64,000 bases of DNA. It comes from Neocallimastix sp. 'constans' (Eukaryota). The stretch covers positions 1,364,001 to 1,428,000 of the forward strand of contig JBODTK010000014.1 of NCBI GenBank assembly GCA_050613775.1, read 5' to 3'. Made by a program: the position numbers and the translations under genes. Positions 55,469 through 64,000 of the stretch are shown one piece after another (position 1 is the first letter of the stretch; every line of letters starts with the position of its first letter). The notes beneath the pieces were generated by a model. That model was not told where the DNA came from. It ran no database searches and was given only the letters and a program-made list of their open reading frames with translations.

Positions 55469-56859
55469 TTTTTTTTTTTAAATATATTTAACATGGAAAA
55501 TTCAAGAATTATTTATATTTTATTATTATTTTTTTTATTGTTTTTGCATAAATTAAAAATACAAAAAAAAAAAAAAAGAAAAAAAAAATTTAACCCTAAT
55601 TTAACATTATTTATTAAAATTATTTATTAAAATTATTTATTAAAGTTATTTATTTATTTATTTATTAAAATTTTAAAAAGCCACATTTTCTGAAAGGAAA
55701 CCTTGAATGAAATTATCCGAAATGTAACTTTTGGGAAATGTCAACACTCCTATTTTATTTATATATTATTTATTTATATATTATTTATTTATTTATTATT
55801 TATTTATTTATTTAAATAAAAGTGTTCATGAAAATTATTTTACTTTGTTAATGTTTAAAGAATAAATATATTTAAGTAATTATTTATTATTAATGTATTA
55901 ATGTTAAATTATATAATTATGTAATTATTATTTATTTATTTATTTATATTGAATAAATTAATATTAATTATTCAGTTCAATAACAACTTAATAATTATAC
56001 TGTATATTTATTTATATCATCTCTTATAATTATTCATTATATAATTTATTAAAAAGTGCTTTTAATATTTATGTTTTTATGTAAATTAATACGTTTATGT
56101 GGTATAAATTTATGTTATCCATCCTTACAAATATTTTGTGTAACTTGTATAGATGAAACAAATGTATTCAAGTGATATACGCTCTATAAAAAATATCATG
56201 AATGGACTATTCACTTCTCTTCTTATTTAACCGTGGTACTTTTGTATAATAATATATTGAATAAATAAACAATATATATTAGTTTTTTTTTTTTTTAAAT
56301 AATATAATTATATATTAATTTATCATTTATTATATAAAAAGTATTCATGGAATTCTTTATTAATATTAAATTATTATTTATTTATTTATTTATTTAAAAT
56401 GTACTAAAAAACAAAATTTAAAGAAGTGACGGTTAAATTATAAATTTTTATAAGTCAGTTTCCGAAATGCACTTTTCCGAATTACATTTATACTCCCTAT
56501 TAAATTTTCAATTATTGCCATATTATTAAAATAGGTTAAATTTTCTACAGCTGATAATTTTGAAAAAAGAATATCGATTCATTAATCTTCTTTTCAATAT
56601 ATTATTTGATTAACCGATTAATACTTTTTTTTTTTTTTTTTTAACTATTATTCTACGAAAGGATGATTTTCTAATAATACAAATAGATTAAGATTAAGAA
56701 GAATTAATATAAAATAATTTTTCAATTCATTTTCTTAATAAATAAAGTTTATGTGCTGAGTCTAAAAAAAAAAAAAAAAAATAGAAAGTACAATAGAAAT
56801 TTATGGAGATTAAAAAGAATATTTATTTTGCCACAAATTTTTTTTAAAAATTTATTAAA

Positions 56860-57130
56860 ACTATTAATTAAATCATAGTAATAAAATGAACTATAATTGT
56901 AATAAATAGATTTAGTCAAACTATAATTAAATCATAGTAATAAAATGTACTATAATACTAATAAATTATAGTAATAAAATGTACTATAATACTAATAAAT
57001 TATAGTAATAAAATGAACTATAATACTAATGAATCATAGTAATAAAATGAACTATAATACTAATAAATTATAGTAATAAAATGAACTATAATACTAATTA
57101 ATTATAGTAATAAATAGATTTAGTAAAACT
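56860..57130. repeat. 34-bp tandem repeat
   Basis: ATAGTAATAAAATG(A/T)ACTATAATACTAATAAATT, about 6 copies. Confidence 0.85.
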
Positions 57131-58615
57131 GTTAATGAAAATCATTCAATAATGATTTAATTAATTATATATATATATATTAATTAAAAAATAAATTAAT
57201 TCATTAATTTTTATTTCTTAATAAATACTGCTAAGTATAATTAATTATTCATTTAATTTTAGTTAATTTTTTATTATTTATTATTTATTATTTATTATTT
57301 AGTAATATATACTCTTTTTATTAATTATTAATTATTATTTTTTAATTTTTATATAATGTATTATTTAATATTTGAGTGATGCAGTATATGAAAACTTAAA
57401 TATTGGTTCGGGAGAAAGAAAGTATTTTTATTAATAATATCTTTCAATCATCTTCGAGAGAGTCTTCTTTCCCGATTTCGTATTTTGTGGGGGCTTTTTG
57501 GAGTTCCTTGCTAATGTTATGAATTGTTACGCCTATTGTGATTAGTGATTTTTGTACTATGATCAATTTGTATATCATTAGACAACTAACCATTTTCAAG
57601 AGCATCGACTTCAAAACGATAAAGGCAAAAAATAAATTCTGATACAGATTGGAATGATAATTTTTATCGACATGGCGTAGATGAACAGGAAGAGTTTGAA
57701 ATTATTTCTTCCTCTAAGCTCAATTAACATTAGTTTTTTTTTTTTTTTTTTTTTTTTAATATTAATATAAAAAAAAAAAAATTTAATGTATTTTATATTT
57801 TTATGGATTCTATTTAATAAATATTGTTAAATAAAGTTTATTAATTTATTATTTATTAAATAAATATTCATTCATTCATTTATTTATTTTTCAATATTTA
57901 ATATTTAATTATATAATATATTATTTATTGTTCAATTAATTATATTATATTGTATTAAATAAATAATTAATACTAATATATAAATTATATAATATTTATA
58001 TATTATGTTATTTCATTATTATTTTATATTTATTTATTAGTATTCATTATTTACTTATATATTAATATTATGTATAATATATTATTTGTCATTTATTATA
58101 TATTATGTATAATATATTAATTATTATTCAATTATATATTATATTTATATATATATAATTTGTTATATATTATTTATTATGTATTATATATTATTTGTTT
58201 TATATTATTTATTATGTATTATATATTATTTGTTATATATTATATATTATTTATTATTATATATTATTGAATAATTGCTTCATTCAATAATATATTGAAA
58301 GAAAAGAAGAAGAAAAAAGAAAAGATTTTCTTTTGATGAATAATAATAAAATAAAATTTTATTAATTGTAATTAATTTTGATGGATAATAATAAAATTAT
58401 ATTTATTGTAATTTTATATAATATATAATATATAATATATAATATATAATATATAATTTTTTATCGTTTTATAAAGATTAATTATTTTTTTTTTTTGTTT
58501 TTATCATGGACTTAAAAGCTATAAAAGAGCGTTATTTAATCCTTTTTTTTTCTTTTTCATTTTATTTTATATCAATTATTCTTTATCTAATTGATTTTAG
58601 TATAATTACAGAAAA

Positions 58616-59473
58616 ATGAAGTTATTTAATTACGCAACAGCTTCAATATTATCTATTTTTGTTTCGAACGTTTTAGCAAACCAATGTTCTGATTTTAATA
58701 ACTACATTAACCAAAGAAAATTAAATTTTAAAAGTGAATGTAACGAAGAAGGAAATGTGACTAAACTGTAATTTTTAATTATTTAATATTAGTTGTTTGA
58801 TATAATTAAAAAAATTAAATAATAACAAAAATAAAAAGAATTTTAAGAAAAAACTATTTATAATGGCTTATAATATTCAAATGTATATTTAAATATATAT
58901 TTTTTATTAATATTTTTTACTATTTATTATTGCAATATTTAAATTTTAATATTATCTAATCTTAAAAATGGAAATATTTAAAAAAGTGACTATGACTCTG
59001 ACAGTGAAAACAGCTTTAATCAAGAAGATATAAATATGTTATCAAAATTAAGTAGCCTTGAAACTTTGTAAGCTAATTTATATCAATATAATTTAATTTT
59101 TTATATTATTATTTTATATATTTTATATGTAATTGATATTATTAAAAAAAAAAAATAAGTAGAAAACTATAATTTATTGATAATTAATATATATTATTTA
59201 AATTTAAAATTTCAAATTTTATATACATCATTGATAATTGTAAATAATTATACTTGCTTTAAATTTAAACAAATATTAGGGGTTTAAACGATTTTGATTA
59301 TAATGATAAAATTGATTATTCACCATTACAAAAACTTATGAACTTAACTTCAGTGTAACTATCAATTGTTTTATAATATATTTCTATGATTTTTATTTAT
59401 TATAAAAATTTGAAAATGTTAAAGTAAATTAATAATTAATTTGTTTTTATATATTGATATTAAAATAAATTAA

Positions 59474-59511
<38 letters not shown>

Positions 59512-59600
59512 AAAAAAAAAGTGAATTGGAATATAGCAGAAAATCACTTATGGCCATCAAAAATTTAAAATCAATTGAAAATTTGTAATATTTTAAATTA

Positions 59601-59634
<34 letters not shown>

Positions 59635-60045
59635 TTTATATCTTTAATATATAATTTTTGATGTCATATTATTAATAAATAAGAATATTAATAATGCTTA
59701 TACTATTCATATTTTAACATTCAAAATAATAGAAAATTATTTAGAAGCGATATAAGTAGTCAAGAAGAAATCGACAGTTTAGCAACATTAACAAATCTTG
59801 AAACTATGTAAAATAATTTATTTCAATAATATATATTTAAATACTTAAATAAAATTTATAGCACTTAATTTTTTATAATATTACTAAATCAAATAATAAT
59901 TTTTTTTTTTTGTTGAATTATATATATTTAGTACCATTACCGATTGTTCTTTAACTGATAAAAATTTCGATTATTCTCCATTAGAAAGTTTACAAAAATT
60001 AATTAAAATGTAATTATTCAATTATGTAATTTAAAAGTAATAGGC

Positions 60046-60080
<35 letters not shown>

Positions 60081-61355
60081 TGTTATTATTTTTGTATGTC
60101 TGCGTTTATATTTTTGTTAATTATCATATAATTAGTTGTAATTTTCAAATTAATGATAAAGTTTTTAATTATAAAATTTTAAATATATACTTATTTATTA
60201 AATTTTTTATAATTATAAAAATTGCTTTTATGGCTTACTAAATAAATCATTATTTCACTTTCATATAAAAAGCCAAAGTACTAATCGTGAATCTGTAGAT
60301 AATGCCCTTATTTTTAGAAACTCTACTTCCTTAAAGGAATTGTAATTATTAGTATTATTTTTTTTATATAATATTGATCATATTAATTATAAAGTATTAA
60401 AACACTATAAATACTATTAATACTATTAATACTATTAAATATAAATATATAATTAAGAATTAAAAAACCTATTAATAATATTAATAATATATGATTTTAT
60501 GATTTTATGAATTTATATTTTTATTTATTAATTAAACCTTAATAAATTTAAAGAACTATAACTGGTAACACTAATTTGAACGATGAAGATATGAAAGTTA
60601 TAACAAACTTTACTGAACTTCAATCATTGTAATAATAGTCTTAAATTATATTGTATTAAAATTAATTATAATTATATTAATATTTTTATTTATTAACTTT
60701 TAAATTAAACATTTTTTTTTATGAATAATTATAATTTTTTTTTTAAAAAAAAAATAGACATATCTCTGTTAGAGATCTTAGTGTTGAAGATTATTCTGGT
60801 TTAAAGAAATTAAAAAAACTTACTAAATTGTAATTTTTTTTATTAATAATTTAATAATTATCCAATATAATTTAAATAAATATATATAATATATATATTA
60901 ATTATAATTGTGTAATGATAATGATATTAATTTTGATTTTTTTTTTCTATATTAAAATTAAAAAAATATAATTATTTATTCAGATTTTTAGAAAAACCTA
61001 TTGTATTTCCTACTGAAATCTATTCATTAACCAATTTAAAAGAATTGTTAGTATAATAAAAATTTAAAAAAATAAGTTTTGTATAACAATTGATATATAA
61101 ATTTTCAAATAATTAATCAAGTATTATTTTATAATTTAAAATTTAAGAGGTTTAGTCGATGCTGGCATAAAGGCAATTCCTTTAGAATTATATCAATTAA
61201 CAAATCTTGAATCCCTGTATGTCATATATATATATTTAAGACTATATAGTTTATCATTTTTTTTAATTATATATCCCTAAATAAATAATATTAAATATTA
61301 AATAATTTTAATAAATAATGATGTTTTATTTAATGGTTTATTTTGTTATTTTGTC

Positions 61356-61424
<69 letters not shown>

Positions 61425-61530
61425 AATTATTATTATTTTTTATATAAAGTGATTTAAGTGAAAACAAGATTGAAGGAATTCCTGCAGCTTTAGCTCTTTT
61501 AAAGAATATTACATCTCTGTAAGTAAAGTA

Positions 61531-61567
<37 letters not shown>

Positions 61568-63123
61568 TCTAGTTTTTTTGTATCTTAAGAAATCTAATAA
61601 TGCTTTTTATTGAAAAAAAAAATAAAATAAGAAAAAAATATAATTTTTTTAAATATATTATTTTCAATTTAGAAACTATTATTATTATTAAAACTTAAAA
61701 ATTATTATTATTATTATTATTATTATTATTTGATATTTTTAAATATATTTATTTAAATAAGACTAATCTCTTTTATTATATGTATATTGTATTTCGATTT
61801 TTTTTTATAATAATTTTTTATTTTAATATATCATAATAATATTATAAAGTAATTTGTCTGGTAATGATATTCGTGACATTCCTTATTATTTAAATAACAT
61901 CCCTAGTCTTAAATCTATGTATGTAATAACATTATTTAATCTTTAACGATATAAAAGATTAATTAATTAATTAATTAATTAATTTTATTAATAATAATAA
62001 AAAAAAAAATAAATAATAATAAATTTTATATTATTATTCTTTAGTTTTTTTGTTTTATTATAATAAATATAATAATACTATTATAAATTTTATATTAATA
62101 ATACTAATAAAAATATATATATATATTATATTAATCTATATTAAAAAATTTAATAAAAAAAAATAATAACAAAACAGTGATTTAACTTATAATGAAAATT
62201 TATCAGGAAAAACTTTAACTAAAGAACTTGAACATTGCTATTACTATAATAGAGGAGGATATGAAAAAAATGTATGTGTAGCTAAGGAAATGAAATGTTT
62301 AAATGAATCAAGAAATGAGAGTGAACCAAAACCAACTTACAAACCATGTGCTAGTACTTCTACAGTTCCAGTTACAACGACTACTACTAAATCATCCACT
62401 CCAACTTCTATTTCTACTGATGGTAAATGTGGTAAGGATTATGGAAAGTGTCCATCTGGTGAATGCTGTAGTAAGTATGGTTACTGTGGTACTGGTGAAA
62501 AGTACTGTGGCACTGGATGTCAATCTGAATTTGGTCAATGTACCAAGGCAAATACTTCTGACAGTGGTAGATGTGGTAAGGGTTATGGAAAATGTCCATC
62601 TGGTGAATGTTGTAGTAAGTATGGCTACTGTGGTACTAGCGATAAGCACTGTGGTACTGGATGTCAATCTGAATTTGGTCAATGTACCAAGGCAAATACT
62701 TCTGACAGTGGTAAATGTGGTAAGGGTTATGGAAAATGTCCATCTGGTGAATGTTGTAGTAAGTATGGTTACTGTGGTACCAGTGAAAAGTACTGTGGCA
62801 CTGGATGTCAATCTGAATTTGGTCAATGTACCAAGGCAAATACTTCTGACAGTGGTAAATGTGGTAAGGGTTATGGAAAATGTCCATCTGGTGAATGCTG
62901 TAGTAAGTATGGTTACTGTGGTACCAGTGAAAAGTACTGTGGCACTGGATGTCAATCTGAATTTGGTCAATGTACCAAGACAAACACTTCTGACAGTGGT
63001 AAATGTGGTAAGGGTTATGGAAAATGTCCATCTGGTGAATGCTGTAGTAAGTATGGTTACTGTGGTACTAGCGATAAGTACTGTGGCACTGGATGTCAAT
63101 CTGAATTTGGTCAATGTAAATGA
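58616..63123 (+). CDS. Secreted leucine-rich-repeat protein with five C-terminal CBM18 (hevein) chitin-binding domains; 14 exons, 651 aa
   Basis: Exons: 58616-58767, 58987-59067, 59280-59354, 59522-59584, 59733-59807, 59932-60009, 60273-60341, 60554-60628, 60758-60829, 60984-61046, 61148-61216, 61450-61518, 61850-61918, 62178-63123. All introns are GT-AG and the spliced 1956 nt frame is open. Signal peptide MKLFNYATASILSIFVSNVLA; LRRs such as LTNLESLDLSENKIEGIP; a Thr/Ser linker; then CGKGYGKCPSGECCSKYGYCG-type domains x5. Confidence 0.92.
62419..63120 (+). repeat. 141-bp coding tandem repeat x5 (CBM18 domains)
   Basis: 47-aa period, nearly identical at DNA level. Confidence 0.95.
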
Positions 63124-63871
63124 GATGAATGGGAATTAACATGAAAAGAAATTAATTTATTTATTTATTTATTTTTTTTTTTTAAATAAAAATAATTAAA
63201 ATATAAAATTATATAGTAAAGAGGATATATATACATTTATAAATATATATTTAAAATTATATAATTTTATTGCTATATATAATATGAAAATATTTTTGAA
63301 TTGTTTTTAGATTATATATGTTATTTTTTTACAATTAAAAAAAAAAAAAAAATTAAATTATTTAAAAATTGAATATTTGAATTATATTATTATGTATCAA
63401 TGGTTCAAAAAAAAAAAAATTTTTTTTTATTATAAATATTTATATTTATATAATAAAAATCTATTATTTAATAAAATAATTAAAAATAAAATTAAAAATA
63501 TATTTTATATATTTTTAATTTTATTTTTAATTTTATTCCAATAAATATTTATATGTTTAAATATTTTTATAGAATATTTTTAAAAATATTTATATATCTT
63601 TATTATTTTTTTTATTTATATTTAAATATCATTTTTTTTTGTGATAATATATATATATATATTTATTTATTTATTTATTTTTTTTTTAAAAAAAAAGGTA
63701 ATAATTTATGTTTAAATTATTAATGGAAAAAAAAAAAAAAAAATAAAAAAAATAAAAATATTTAAATTTATATATATATATATATATAAAAGTTTTAAAA
63801 ATAATTTTGGGTGAATTATTAAGAGAAACAGAATTGAGCTATTATTTGATAGGTATTGTAAAATACCAAAC

Positions 63872-64000
63872 TTATCCAAGAGCGTCGACGTCGTACTGAT
63901 AAAGCCTTAATGATAATACAGGATCATCATCTATTTCTACTAAGGGTGAATCTCGCCTTAGTAGTTCAATAAATGATGAATCTGGGGAGAGTTTAGTGGA
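63872..64000 (-). other. Partial coding-like or element-derived sequence running off the window edge
   Basis: GC-raised; open frame STKLSPDSSFIELLRRDSPLVEIDDDPVLSLRLYQYDVDALG*. Similar to a patch near 57600. Confidence 0.3.

Noticed and set aside
58506..58619. Upstream ATG as start of the LRR gene
   Set aside because: This frame stops at 58617-58619, overlapping the true ATG; the ATG at 58616 gives a good signal peptide. At most a uORF.
62290..63123. Stand-alone 277-aa chitin-binding protein
   Set aside because: The Met is internal to the last exon (acceptor at 62177) of the 14-exon gene.
62303..63139. Alternative-frame and antisense ORFs over the CBM18 array
   Set aside because: Shadows of a repeated coding unit; only the Cys-rich frame matches a domain and splices in frame.

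Overview
Extremely AT-rich eukaryotic DNA packed with homopolymers and microsatellites. The composition, GT-AG introns and tandem CBM18 domains suggest an anaerobic gut fungus (Neocallimastigomycota; inference). The first ~21 kb has no gene I can support. It is followed by an intronless 1174-aa Pho80/Pcl-type cyclin gene (21372-24896). An accessory region (~28-50.7 kb) holds three copies of a cassette made of a LINE reverse-transcriptase remnant plus a small TM-SH3-TM gene. Between the copies lie a disrupted intronless three-gene island (including a divergent pair, one gene with a signal peptide) and a small secreted Cys-rich protein gene. Two Mutator-like MITEs with 9-bp target-site duplications and a probable LINE 3' end follow. 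The best-supported gene largely missed by the ORF track is a 14-exon secreted LRR + 5xCBM18 gene (58616-63123, 651 aa), in which each internal exon is a symmetric phase-2 cassette encoding one LRR. Most short ORFs in the track are microsatellite artefacts. Some frameshifts fall in homopolymers and may be sequencing errors.
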